From Patescibacteria group bacterium (GTDB lineage: Bacteria > Patescibacteriota > Minisyncoccia > UBA6257 > GWB1-50-10): a DNA stretch of 64,000 bases. Below, in pieces: positions 30,733 to 40,551 of this stretch. The first letter of the stretch is position 1. Every line of letters begins with the position of its first letter. A model generated the notes under the pieces. It saw only the letters and a list, made by a program, of their open reading frames with translations. It did not search any database and had not been told where the DNA came from. The stretch is taken from the NCBI GenBank assembly GCA_024239035.1, contig JANBVK010000001.1:338115-402114 (forward strand), written 5' to 3'. The position numbers and the translations under genes are program-made.

Positions 30733-30769
30733 AAACCCCTCCGACTAGAATTTAGTCGGAGGGGTTTGT
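30733..30769. terminator. Bidirectional terminator hairpin between convergent genes
   Basis: aaacccctccgacta-gaatt-tagtcggaggggttt. Confidence 0.75.
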
Positions 30770-30793
30770 GTTTCTCCAAAACCTGGAGATGCC

Positions 30794-31069
30794 TTACCTA
30801 ACTGCTTCTTTAAAAACCTTACCTGCCTTAAATTTAGGAGCAGTCGAAGCAGCAATTTGAATTTTTTCACCGGTTTTAGGGTTAACACCCATCCGAGCGG
30901 CCCGTTTCACGACTCTAAATATACCGAATCCAGTAATTGCGACTTCTTCGCCTCGACTGAGTGTCTTTTGAATGGTGTCGAAAACAGCCTCAACCGCATC
31001 CTGGGCCTGCTTTTTAGAACCGAGGTCCGCGGCCTGCTGAACAGCTTCTACAAGACCATCTTTTCTCAT
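30794..31069 (-). CDS. hup: DNA-binding protein HU
   Basis: GFGIF..RAARMGVNPKTGEKIQI..PKFKAG. Confidence 0.95.
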   Translation of the reverse strand: MRKDGLVEAVQQAADLGSKKQAQDAVEAVFDTIQKTLSRGEEVAITGFGIFRVVKRAARMGVNPKTGEKIQIAASTAPKFKAGKVFKEAVR

Positions 31070-31235
31070 AATTATTTATTAGTTATTTTAGGTATTTAGC
31101 CACTTGGCATCCAGTGACCATCTCATACTCAATCGACCTTTAAAAATCGCTTTTATTATAGCACATTCGCCATTGCCCACGTATTTTACCACTTTTATAT
31201 CCTTTTAAGCTAGTTTAATCCAGTTTAATCACTTG

Positions 31236-32765
31236 CTACTTCGCATATTCAACGGCTTTCACTTCCCTAATAACAGTAACCTTAATTTCACCGGGATATT
31301 GCACATCGGATTGGATTTTATTGGCAATTTGTTTTGCAAGCTGCAACGCACCAAAGTCATCTATCTTCTCGGGGACAACAAATACCCGTACTTCCCGCCC
31401 CGCTGAAACCGCATAGGCGTCTTTTATCCCTTTAAAGGTCTTTACCGTGTTCTCTATATCTTCGAGGCGCCTCAAATACTTCTCTAAAGTATCACGACGA
31501 GCCCCAGGTCTAGCAGCGGAAATTACATCAGCTGCCGCTACAATATAAGACTCAGGGGTAGAGAAAGGATACTCCTCATGATGAGATTCCATAGCTTTTA
31601 TAACAGCCTCATCAATACCATATTTCTTCAACAGTTTTCTTCCGAGCTCAACGTGCGTTCCTTCAACCTCGTGGTCAATTGCCTTGCCTATATCATGAAG
31701 AAGAGCTCCTTTCTTGACAACGTCTACATTAACTCCCAATTCACTGGCGATCATCCCTGAAATGTGAGTCATCTCAACTGAGTGGGTTAATACATTCTGC
31801 CCATAGCTAGTACGGTAGTTCAACCTTCCTAAAAGACGAATTATCTCTTTTGGTAAATCTAAGACCCCCACCTCATAGACGGCTTCCTCACCAATGCGCT
31901 CTATCTGATTATCTAGCTCCTGTCTTGCTTCCTCGACTTTCTCTTCAATCTTAGCCGGTTGAATCCGACCATCTTGAATCAGCTTCTCTAGGGCCAGCTT
32001 CGCCACTTCCCGACGAAGTGGGTCAAAGGAAGATAAAAGCAAGCTCTCCGGCGTCTCATCAATAACAATCTCAACTCCAGTCAGACGCTCAAATGTTCTT
32101 ATATTCCTGCCTTCCCGACCAATAATCTTTCCCTTAATTTCTTCATTAGGAAGATGAACTACGCTTGTAGTAATATCGGCAATGCTACTACGAGCGTAGC
32201 GCTGTATCGCTGAAGTGATCACTTCTAAGCCTTTCGCTTCCACTTCTTTTCTTTTCTCTTTCTCTAACCGGCTAATCACATCAACTAATTCTTGCCGATT
32301 AGTTTGCTCTAATTCCTCAATCAACTTGGCTTTTGCCTCATCTCGAGTCAACCCTGATACTTTCTCCAGTTCCTCCCCAATTTTCTTCTGAAGCTCTCTA
32401 GCTTGTTCCTCAATTTTTTGAACTCTCTCTAATTCTTTTTTACACTCCGTCTCTCTAGATCCAACTTCACTTTTTTGCTTTTCAAGAACGTCCTCTTTTT
32501 TAAGAAATCTCTCTTCTAGATGGCGTAATTCCTGCTTCCGTTCGCGTTCTTCCTTCTGAGCCTCGGCAATAATGGAGGCAGCTTTATCTTTTGCCGCCAA
32601 GACTACCTCTTTAGCTTTTGAATCAGCAGAAGTTAGCTCTTCTTGAGCTTTGCGTTCTAAAGAGGATGCTTGTTGAAGAGCAAGCGACCGCCTTAGAAAA
32701 TATCCGAGCACTATTCCTAGAATTAATAAGCCTCCTGCCAACCAAAAATTGATTCCTAAAATCAT
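31236..32765 (-). CDS. rny: Ribonuclease Y
   Basis: N-terminal TM, coiled coil, KH domain (IIGREGRNIR), HD domain (LLHDIGK). Confidence 0.95.
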   Translation of the reverse strand: MILGINFWLAGGLLILGIVLGYFLRRSLALQQASSLERKAQEELTSADSKAKEVVLAAKDKAASIIAEAQKEERERKQELRHLEERFLKKEDVLEKQKSEVGSRETECKKELERVQKIEEQARELQKKIGEELEKVSGLTRDEAKAKLIEELEQTNRQELVDVISRLEKEKRKEVEAKGLEVITSAIQRYARSSIADITTSVVHLPNEEIKGKIIGREGRNIRTFERLTGVEIVIDETPESLLLSSFDPLRREVAKLALEKLIQDGRIQPAKIEEKVEEARQELDNQIERIGEEAVYEVGVLDLPKEIIRLLGRLNYRTSYGQNVLTHSVEMTHISGMIASELGVNVDVVKKGALLHDIGKAIDHEVEGTHVELGRKLLKKYGIDEAVIKAMESHHEEYPFSTPESYIVAAADVISAARPGARRDTLEKYLRRLEDIENTVKTFKGIKDAYAVSAGREVRVFVVPEKIDDFGALQLAKQIANKIQSDVQYPGEIKVTVIREVKAVEYAK

Positions 32766-33018
32766 AAAAGTATATTAGTTTATTTTTTGCCCCCTCTAGA
32801 AAATCAAAATGAACCTTTCCCTTATTAGAAAGGTTTTCAAAAATACGAGTTGTAGTTCTCACGATATCAATTAGTTTCATTAATTTTCCAAAGCGGGGTT
32901 TACGACGTTTTATTTATAAGTTTGTATTAATTATCGTAACGTGCCTTCTTTAAAATGTCAAGCCCGGATACTTCAGATAGTAGTGATGAAACGCTTCTTT
33001 TGATGCTAGAATTAATCC

Positions 33019-34575
33019 ATGAGAAAAACTTTCGTCCTCGCCATCCTCGATGGTTGGGGGATTGGAAAACTCAACGAGTCAAATCCAATCCATATTGCGG
33101 GTCTCAAGACTATTAGGTATATAGAAAATTCTTTCCCAAGCGGCGCTCTCCAAGCCTCGGGAATCGCCGTAGGTCTCCCTTGGGGAGAAGAAGGGAATAG
33201 TGAAGTAGGCCATCTTACTATTGGCACCGGCAGGACTCTCTACCAACATTTTCCGAGAATCTCAATGGCAATTGAGGATGGTTCTTTTTTCAAAAACCCC
33301 GCGCTAAGGAGTGCGTTTCTACATGCACGAAAAAATAACTCTGCCGTTCACCTTATAGGGCTTTTGACTAAAGGTAATGTCCATGCCTCTCTCAAGCACT
33401 TAGTGGCGCTAATTGAGATGGCTAAAAAAGAAAACTGCCCAAACCTTTACCTTCATCTCTTTGCTGACGGGCTCGACAGTCCTCCTCACTCTCTTCTCTA
33501 TCTTGTTAAAAACTTGGAAGGAATTTTACAAAAAAATAAAGTTGGCGTTATTACAAGCTTAATGGGCCGATATTATGCCATGAACCGCGACAACCATTGG
33601 GAGCGGACCGAAAAGGCCTACAGGACCCTCACGGGCATTGACACAAACGTCAAATCCTACAAGGAAGCAACAGAAGAAATCTACCAGAAGGACCTAGACG
33701 ACGAATTTATCGAACCAATTATCATAGATAAACCACATCCTATCCAAGACAACGATGCGGTTATTTTTTTTAATTTCCGCGAAGACAGTATGAGGCAGAT
33801 AACCGAATCCTTTGCGAACCCTGCTTTTAATAAATTCCCGATCAAAAAATTGAGCAATCTTTCTGTTACAACAATGACCGAATATCAAAAAGGACTGAAA
33901 ACAGCCGTCGCTTTCCCCAGCGAGAAAATTAAAAACTCTTTGGGGGAAGTACTCGCAGACAACCAAAAAACCCAACTCAGAATCGCTGAAACCAAAAAAT
34001 ACGCCCACGTTACCTACTTCTTCAATGGTTTAAGAGATGCTCCCTTCCCAAATGAATACCGCGTGCTCATCCCCTCCAAAAGCACTATCCGTCAGGAAGA
34101 ACACCCTGAAATGATGGCCGGTGCCGTCACTGAACGGTTACTCATTGCCTTAAACGAGGGAGGGTTTGATTTTATTCTTATAAATTATGCTAACCCGGAC
34201 ATCATTGCCCACACCGGCAACTACCAAGCAGTTCTGGAAGCAGTCAAGGTAATCGATAAAGAACTAGAAAAACTCATAAAAAGCGTCCTAGCTGGTAACC
34301 ACGTCCTTTTAATTACATCTGACCACGGCAACGCCGAATCGGTTCTAAACCTTAAAACTGGGGAGCCAGAAACTACCCATGATCCAAATCCGGTGCCCAT
34401 TTATCTAGTCGCCAAAGATTTAGAGAAGAGTCCCCCAGCAAACTCGGGACAAACTCCGCCTCGTTTAAAAACTATCGGTATACTCTCCGATGTCGCCCCA
34501 ACCATTCTTGATTTAATGAACATACCAAAACCCTCCAGTATGACCGGGCAAAGCTTATTAGACCAACTAGTTTAA
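33019..34575 (+). CDS. gpmI: 2,3-BPG-independent phosphoglycerate mutase
   Basis: ILDGWG, GNSEVGH, ANPDIIAHTG, TSDHGNAE. Confidence 0.95.
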   Translation: MRKTFVLAILDGWGIGKLNESNPIHIAGLKTIRYIENSFPSGALQASGIAVGLPWGEEGNSEVGHLTIGTGRTLYQHFPRISMAIEDGSFFKNPALRSAFLHARKNNSAVHLIGLLTKGNVHASLKHLVALIEMAKKENCPNLYLHLFADGLDSPPHSLLYLVKNLEGILQKNKVGVITSLMGRYYAMNRDNHWERTEKAYRTLTGIDTNVKSYKEATEEIYQKDLDDEFIEPIIIDKPHPIQDNDAVIFFNFREDSMRQITESFANPAFNKFPIKKLSNLSVTTMTEYQKGLKTAVAFPSEKIKNSLGEVLADNQKTQLRIAETKKYAHVTYFFNGLRDAPFPNEYRVLIPSKSTIRQEEHPEMMAGAVTERLLIALNEGGFDFILINYANPDIIAHTGNYQAVLEAVKVIDKELEKLIKSVLAGNHVLLITSDHGNAESVLNLKTGEPETTHDPNPVPIYLVAKDLEKSPPANSGQTPPRLKTIGILSDVAPTILDLMNIPKPSSMTGQSLLDQLV

Positions 34576-34622
34576 GTCTTGCCTGCCGGCGGGCAGGTGT
34601 CCCTAGATTGCAGATAGAGGTA

Positions 34623-34650
34623 TTGACAGGCTTAAAATTAGGATTATAGT
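34623..34650 (+). promoter_or_regulatory. Sigma-70 promoter for the candidate ncRNA
   Basis: TTGACA-N16-TATAGT with no ORF of 60 aa or more downstream. Confidence 0.7.
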
Positions 34651-34679
34651 GGATTTATCATCGCACATTGACATTTTCC

Positions 34680-35091
34680 GTGGCGAGGTCTGAGGTTGGT
34701 GGCCTTTCTTAGACGGGTGGTTAACGAAACAGCTCGCGAACCCTACGGGCAAAGGCCTATAATGTGGTTGTGTAGACCACTAGGCTGGCTCTAGAGCTAG
34801 TCCCACAGTACTGCGTTCTTCGGAAGGGGAGGACGTGCCCGACTGCTGGGTCTAATGGTAGGGAAGGGTTACAAGCGTGGTGACGGCGCAACGTCGTCCC
34901 GAAAAAGCGCGTCTCTCCTCCGTCGGAGGCAAGCTACCCACCCCAAGCAAACGGTGTAACTCCCTCCAAACTCACGCCTCGCCACTTTTCCAAATAGTCG
35001 GGGTGCAAAGATCGACGAATCCGAAGTACCGCCTCTCGAGACATTAAGAAGCGGTGTGATAGGATTTTGTCAGACCTCCTGCACCTCGACT
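34680..35091 (+). ncRNA. Candidate structured ncRNA of unknown family (two domains)
   Basis: GC-rich; closing helices gtggcgagg/cctcgccac and agtcggggtgca/tgcacctcgact; several internal stems; flanked by promoter and terminator. Confidence 0.6.
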
Positions 35092-35098
35092 CCAGCAC

Positions 35099-35129
35099 AA
35101 CTCCCGCGGCAACCAGCCCGGGAGTTTTT
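35099..35129 (+). terminator. Intrinsic terminator
   Basis: aactcccg...cgggagttttt. Confidence 0.75.
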
Positions 35130-35192
35130 CATTTCTGGTACAATAAAAATAAAGTAAAGTAAGGGTTTTTCTTCTATGAACTAGACTCTTTT

Positions 35193-35558
35193 ATGAAACT
35201 CATCGGAAATATAATCTTCCATATTTTCTCAAATGCCATCGCAATCCTCGCTGCAGCTTATTTCATAAGTGGGTTTTCTTTTAGTGGGGATTTCATAGCC
35301 CTTGCTATTGCTGCAGCAATTCTCACAGGCATTAATTTAATCCTCCGCCCTATCCTACGTCTTCTCCTTGGACCGCTTATCGTCTTAACTTTTGGCCTCT
35401 TCACCATCATCATAAATGCAGTAACCCTTTACCTCCTTGACATCTTGAGCGACCCTCTTATAATAGAGGGGTATATTCCACTCCTTATTGCTACTATTAT
35501 CTTTAGCATCGTAAACGCTATTATAAACTTCTCAGCAAGAACTACTTACCGAAGGTAA
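35193..35558 (+). CDS. YvlD/phage-holin-like 4-TM membrane protein
   Basis: N..LRPIL.LL..PL..LTFGLF..IINA motif. Confidence 0.85.
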   Translation: MKLIGNIIFHIFSNAIAILAAAYFISGFSFSGDFIALAIAAAILTGINLILRPILRLLLGPLIVLTFGLFTIIINAVTLYLLDILSDPLIIEGYIPLLIATIIFSIVNAIINFSARTTYRR

Positions 35559-35562
35559 TAAT

Positions 35563-35778
35563 ATGTTGGTCATCGGTCAGGTTGCTATATCTATAATCCT
35601 TATAGTTCTAGTGCTTATTCAGGAGCGAGGAGAGGGCCTCGGGGCTCTATTTGGCGGTGGTGGGGGAGGAACTCCTTACCACACTCGAAGAGGCTTGGAA
35701 AAAGTAATTTTTTGGTCAACTATCATCTCTGCGGTTATCTTTGCAGTACTTGCTATTATAAATCTCTTTATAATTTAA
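35563..35778 (+). CDS. secG: Preprotein translocase subunit SecG
   Basis: VLIQ.RG.GLGALFGG..TRRGLEK; two TM segments. Confidence 0.88.
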   Translation: MLVIGQVAISIILIVLVLIQERGEGLGALFGGGGGGTPYHTRRGLEKVIFWSTIISAVIFAVLAIINLFII

Positions 35779-35857
35779 GCTTGGATTAGCAAACCCGAGC
35801 GCGGGGTCATAGATACTGTTTTTCTAGAAAACATTGCCCTCTCCCAGTACAGGAAAG

Positions 35858-37468
35858 ATGGTTATAATTAAAAAGATTTTTTATTCCTTAACGCACCAAG
35901 AACGCTTAATCCTAATAGGCGCGGCGGCGATATTGATTTTATCATCAATAACAAGGGTCTCGGTTGCAATCCAAGAATCAAGTGAGTGGATAGCTGTGTC
36001 CGGCGGCACTTACCGAGAAGGAGTCTTAGGACAGCCAATTACAATTAATCCTATTATTTCAGATAACCAAACCGATCAGGATATAAGCCGCTTGATTTAC
36101 AGCAACCTCTCCGACCTCATCGAAAATTATGAGGTTAAAAATGAGGGACGCACCTATATTCTAAAACTTAAAGAAGGACTCTTATGGGATAACGGTCAAC
36201 CCCTTACAAGCGATGATATTGTCTTCACAATAGAAACGGTTCAGAATCCCGACTCGCGATCACCCCTTACAAAGGATTGGCGAGGTGTTGTGGCTGAACG
36301 CATAAGCGAACTCAGAATAAGCTTATCTATTCCAACACCCTACGTCTTCTTCACAAAAAATATCGAAAGACTCCCTATTATTCCCGCCCATATCTTTGGG
36401 AAAATTCCTCCGGCCAACCTCAGGCTTTCTTCATATAACCTTGAACCCGTCGGTAGCGGACCATACCGCTTTGAAGGATTTACCAAACGCAAAGACGGTT
36501 TTATAAGTCAATATCGTCTCACTGCCAATGACAACTATCACGGCGAGGGACCCTTCATAGAAGATTTCTATTTCATCTTCTATGAAGACGCTCAGAGCCT
36601 TACGAACGATTTTCTACTCCGTAAAGTTGACGGTTTTGGAAGTTTACTGCCGGCTGTTGCCGAAGGACTGCCGCCAAACAATATAGTTATCAATCAAATC
36701 CCAATGCCTAGTTACTACGCTATCTTTTTTAATCCCTTAGTTAATCCTGCATTTAAAGATGATGAGTTCCGCCACGCTTTAACCGCCGCAATTAATAAAA
36801 GGCGTATAATCCAAGAGGTTTTAAACAATCAAGCAGAATCCATAAACGGTCCGCTGGGTAATTTTGTATCAATTAGAGAACCAAGCGTAGTTTACAGTCC
36901 CGAGGAAGCAAGAGAAAAATTAAGCACTCTAAATAACGAGAAAATAGAGATCACGATTATCGTTCCTAAAGTTGAATTCTTAGAGAAAACCGCCAAATTA
37001 ATAAGAGAGGACTGGCTTTCTGTTGGTGTGGATGAAGTAAATATAATAAGCCTGCTCTCGGACGAACTGTTGAATAATGTTATTAAAACCAATAACTACG
37101 AAGTAATTCTCTTTGGTAACGTCCTTGAAAATCCTTTGGATCTTTTTCCCTTCTGGCATTCTTCACAACGTTTTTACCCAGGTTTAAATCTTGCTCTCCA
37201 CAAAAGCTCTAAAGTAGACAGCTTAATTGAGATAATCCGCCAGACCGAGAGCGAGAGCGAACAGAGATCTCTGGCGGAAATAGCAGAGGAACTCATTATA
37301 GAAGAGAGATCGGCCATCTTTCTTTTCTCTGTTCCCTACACTTATATTCACACAAAAAATCTCCGAGGCTTTGAATTTAAGGACAACGAAAAACTCATAA
37401 TCGCACCATCGGATAGATTTAAAAACGTTAACGAATGGCACATCGCAAAGGCACGAGTACTGAGATAA
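35858..37468 (+). CDS. ABC-type peptide substrate-binding protein (family 5)
   Basis: WDNGQPLTSDDIVFT and PVGSGPY motifs; N-terminal TM; ATG 35858 preferred over TTG 35834. Confidence 0.85.
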   Translation: MVIIKKIFYSLTHQERLILIGAAAILILSSITRVSVAIQESSEWIAVSGGTYREGVLGQPITINPIISDNQTDQDISRLIYSNLSDLIENYEVKNEGRTYILKLKEGLLWDNGQPLTSDDIVFTIETVQNPDSRSPLTKDWRGVVAERISELRISLSIPTPYVFFTKNIERLPIIPAHIFGKIPPANLRLSSYNLEPVGSGPYRFEGFTKRKDGFISQYRLTANDNYHGEGPFIEDFYFIFYEDAQSLTNDFLLRKVDGFGSLLPAVAEGLPPNNIVINQIPMPSYYAIFFNPLVNPAFKDDEFRHALTAAINKRRIIQEVLNNQAESINGPLGNFVSIREPSVVYSPEEAREKLSTLNNEKIEITIIVPKVEFLEKTAKLIREDWLSVGVDEVNIISLLSDELLNNVIKTNNYEVILFGNVLENPLDLFPFWHSSQRFYPGLNLALHKSSKVDSLIEIIRQTESESEQRSLAEIAEELIIEERSAIFLFSVPYTYIHTKNLRGFEFKDNEKLIIAPSDRFKNVNEWHIAKARVLR

Positions 37469-37476
37469 AATACTGC

Positions 37477-37560
37477 GCCGAGGTGGTGAAATTGGCAGAC
37501 ACGCAGCGTTCAGGACGCTGTGCTCGCAAGGGCTTGTGGGTTCAAATCCCACCCTCGGCA
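37477..37560 (+). tRNA. tRNA-Leu (CAG)
   Basis: cagcg-ttCAGga-cgctg; long variable arm. Confidence 0.95.
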
Positions 37561-37652
37561 CATAGAGAAGTATGTTCACTGAAGAAATCTCAAAATATTA
37601 CAAATTTGAAAAAATAAAATTACCAATTACTAGTTACTAATTTACTAAAATT

Positions 37653-39437
37653 ATGGCTCCAAAACCCCCGAAAATACCAAAGAGGACAAGTATTCGTAGA
37701 ATTACCCAAACCGGACGGAAACTCCGTCCTAAAACCGGTGAGTCGCGGACTGAAAAAAAACCCGTGAGAGATGAGGTAGTTCGCTGGGTCGCGCTCGGCG
37801 GCTTGGAAGAAATTGGCCGCAATATGATGTTCTTTGAGTACAAAGACGAAATCATCATCATTGACGCGGGGCTGCAATTCCCTGAAGAAGAAACTCCGGG
37901 CATTGATTACATCATTCCTAATGTCTCATATCTCGAACCCAAAAAACAAAATATCAAAGCTTTAGTTATAACTCACGGACATTACGATCATATCGGCGCA
38001 ATCCCTTACATTCTTGAGAAAATTGGAAATCCTCCAATCTATACAACCCCCATGAGCAGAGAAATTATTCTAAAAAGACAGGGGGAATTTCCAAACTCAC
38101 CAAAACCGTCCTTTGAAATCGTAAAGGCCGGCGAAAATTACAAGCTCTCGGAGCACTTCTCAGTAACGTTCTTTGATGTCGTTCACAACATCCCTGAAGG
38201 CGTGGGTATGATAGTTCACACGCCCATCGGCAACATAGTTCATCCCGGTGAGTTCAAATTTGACTATGATATGGAAGGAAAGCCTCGCGGCCTTGATACC
38301 TGGAAATGGGTAAGTAAACAAGACATCCACACTCTTATGCTTGATTCAACCGGCGCAGAAAATCCCGGTTGGTCTACCTCAGAACGAGTAGTTGAAAAGG
38401 AGCTGGAAAAAATCTTCAAAGCTGCAGAAGGAAGAGTTATTGTAGGAACGTTTTCTTCTCTTCTTGATCGCCTCGCTGAAATTATAAAAATTGCGGAACG
38501 CCTGAAGAAAAAAGTTGCCATCAGTGGTTATTCTATGAAGACGAATATCCAAATCGCCCAGAATCTCAAATACATAAAAATTCAAAAAGGGACTATGATT
38601 CCGCTCGAGGAAATTCATAAACACCCTGATAACAAGATAATGATTCTCGCAACCGGCGCTCAAGGAGAACCCAACGCAGCCCTAATGCGCATTGCAAACG
38701 GCGAGCATCGCCATATAAAGATAAAGAAAAGCGACACGCTTGTGCTGTCATCGTCTGTCGTACCCGGTAACGAACGGGGCGTCCAAACCTTAAAAGATAA
38801 TATCTCCCGCCAAGGGGCAACCATTTATCACTACACAATGCTTGATATTCACTCATCCGGCCATGCTCCCCAAGAAGAATTAAAAACCGTAATGCGACTC
38901 GTAAAACCGAAGTTTTTTCTGCCAATTCACGGTTACTATTTTATGCGCTGGAGAAATGCTAAATCCGCGCAAGAAGTGTTAGGGTTAACCCCTGAGAAAA
39001 CTATTATCGCGGATAACGGCCACGTTGTTGAGTTCCGAAAAAACTCCGCACCGCGCGTAACCGATGAAAGGCTCCCCGCTTTTTATGTAATGGTAGATGG
39101 CCTGGGTGTGGGAGATGTAGGAGAAATAGTTCTCCGTGATCGCTTAACTCTTTCTCAAGAAGGTATGGTGGTTATAATTACAACTCTTAGCCGCCAAACG
39201 GGGAAGGTTCTTAAAAACCCCGATATTATCTCGCGTGGTTTTATTTACTTGAAAGAAAGTCAAGAATTATTAAACGAAATTCGCCGTAAAATCCGGGGTA
39301 TCATTAGCCGCATCCCCCGCCATCAGACACTAGACGCCGACTATATAAAATCGCTGATTCGCGACCAAATCGGCCAGTTCTTGTACAATAAAACAAAGAG
39401 ACGACCGATGATCCTGCCTGTAATTATAGAGGTATAA
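37653..39437 (+). CDS. rnj: Ribonuclease J
   Basis: LGGLEEIGRN, THGHYDHIG, HSSGH, RRPMILPVI. Confidence 0.95.
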   Translation: MAPKPPKIPKRTSIRRITQTGRKLRPKTGESRTEKKPVRDEVVRWVALGGLEEIGRNMMFFEYKDEIIIIDAGLQFPEEETPGIDYIIPNVSYLEPKKQNIKALVITHGHYDHIGAIPYILEKIGNPPIYTTPMSREIILKRQGEFPNSPKPSFEIVKAGENYKLSEHFSVTFFDVVHNIPEGVGMIVHTPIGNIVHPGEFKFDYDMEGKPRGLDTWKWVSKQDIHTLMLDSTGAENPGWSTSERVVEKELEKIFKAAEGRVIVGTFSSLLDRLAEIIKIAERLKKKVAISGYSMKTNIQIAQNLKYIKIQKGTMIPLEEIHKHPDNKIMILATGAQGEPNAALMRIANGEHRHIKIKKSDTLVLSSSVVPGNERGVQTLKDNISRQGATIYHYTMLDIHSSGHAPQEELKTVMRLVKPKFFLPIHGYYFMRWRNAKSAQEVLGLTPEKTIIADNGHVVEFRKNSAPRVTDERLPAFYVMVDGLGVGDVGEIVLRDRLTLSQEGMVVIITTLSRQTGKVLKNPDIISRGFIYLKESQELLNEIRRKIRGIISRIPRHQTLDADYIKSLIRDQIGQFLYNKTKRRPMILPVIIEV

Positions 39438-39441
39438 ATTT

Positions 39442-40431
39442 ATGGCAAAACCAGTTCTTGTATCAGGTATTCAACCTACAGGAAAGCTCCACTTAGGTAA
39501 CTATTTGGGTGCGCTTAAAAATTTTGTTGAACTCCAAAATTCCGGTAAATACCTGTGTTACTTTTCTATTGTTGACTACCACTCACTATCCGAGGTTTTC
39601 AGCCCAAAAGAGAAATCAAAGCAAATATTAGAATTAATTGCCGACTTTCTGGCAGCGGGTTTGGACCCCCAAAAATCTACTATCTTTGTCCAATCAGCAG
39701 TCCCGGCCCACACCGAGCTAGCTTGGGTTCTGAGTACGGTTACTCCCTTTGGTGAACTGCGTCGGATGACACAGTTTAAAGAGAAATCAGAGGACACCCC
39801 TCAAAACATAAATGTGGGTCTTTTTAACTACCCGGTACTCATGAGCGCCGATATAATTATCTATAATGCTAAATTTGTCCCAGTCGGCGATGACCAACTC
39901 CAACACCTAGAATTCACTAGAATGATTACAAGAAAGTTTAACAAGAAATTTGGTAAAACCTTCACAGAACCGAAACCTCTTCTTACTAACGTCCCCCGTC
40001 TCATGAGCCTAGATAATCCAAGTAAAAAAATGTCCAAATCTAGGCCGGGAGGATGTCTATTTATTGACGACACACCTACCACAATAAGAGAAAAAATCAA
40101 AAGAGCCGTCACTGACTCCGGCTCCGAAGTTAAATACAGTCCCAAAAACAAACCAGCAATAAGTAACCTGCTTCTCATTTATTCTGCAATGAGCGGCAAA
40201 TCGGTAAAAACCCTTGAGAAATCCTACAAAGGAAAGGGCTATGCTGAATTCAAAAAAGATTTAGCCGAAGTTGTCGTAAAAGCCCTCACGCCGTTCCAAA
40301 AGAAAAAGAAAGCATTAAAAACTCAAAGCTTAAAACTCAAAGCTACGCTAACTGCCGGCAATAAAAAGGCTAATACTGTCGCCTCAAAAAAACTCCTTGA
40401 AGTCAAAAAGAAAATCGGTTTGATCCTATAA
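39442..40431 (+). CDS. trpS: Tryptophanyl-tRNA synthetase
   Basis: SGIQPTGKLHLGNY, VPVGDDQ, KMSKS. Confidence 0.96.
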   Translation: MAKPVLVSGIQPTGKLHLGNYLGALKNFVELQNSGKYLCYFSIVDYHSLSEVFSPKEKSKQILELIADFLAAGLDPQKSTIFVQSAVPAHTELAWVLSTVTPFGELRRMTQFKEKSEDTPQNINVGLFNYPVLMSADIIIYNAKFVPVGDDQLQHLEFTRMITRKFNKKFGKTFTEPKPLLTNVPRLMSLDNPSKKMSKSRPGGCLFIDDTPTTIREKIKRAVTDSGSEVKYSPKNKPAISNLLLIYSAMSGKSVKTLEKSYKGKGYAEFKKDLAEVVVKALTPFQKKKKALKTQSLKLKATLTAGNKKANTVASKKLLEVKKKIGLIL

Positions 40432-40439
40432 CCTTTATA

Positions 40440-40472
40440 AACGGCTCAACGGCGTCGAGTCGTTGAGCCGTT
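40440..40472. repeat. AACGGCTCAACG palindrome, copy 3 (between convergent trpS and ileS)
   Basis: aacggctcaacg-gcgtcgagt-cgttgagccgtt. Confidence 0.85.
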
Positions 40473-40551
40473 CGGTTTAGATGTAGACAAAATCTGGTTT
40501 GTGAGGTCGTGTCTTCACTCCGTCCACATATGTGGATAAACTGAGGACACG

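Noticed and set aside
32623-32880. 85-aa ORF or riboswitch upstream of rny
   Set aside because: Out-of-frame overlap with rny; AT-rich, with no convincing structure or protein motif.
34680-35091. RNase P RNA, SRP RNA or group I intron as the identity of the structured RNA
   Set aside because: GAGGAAAGUCC and SRP helix-8 motifs were not seen; it does not interrupt a gene and has its own promoter and terminator.
35193-35558. Prophage suggested by the holin-like gene
   Set aside because: No other phage genes; this family commonly occurs in chromosomal context, here next to secG.
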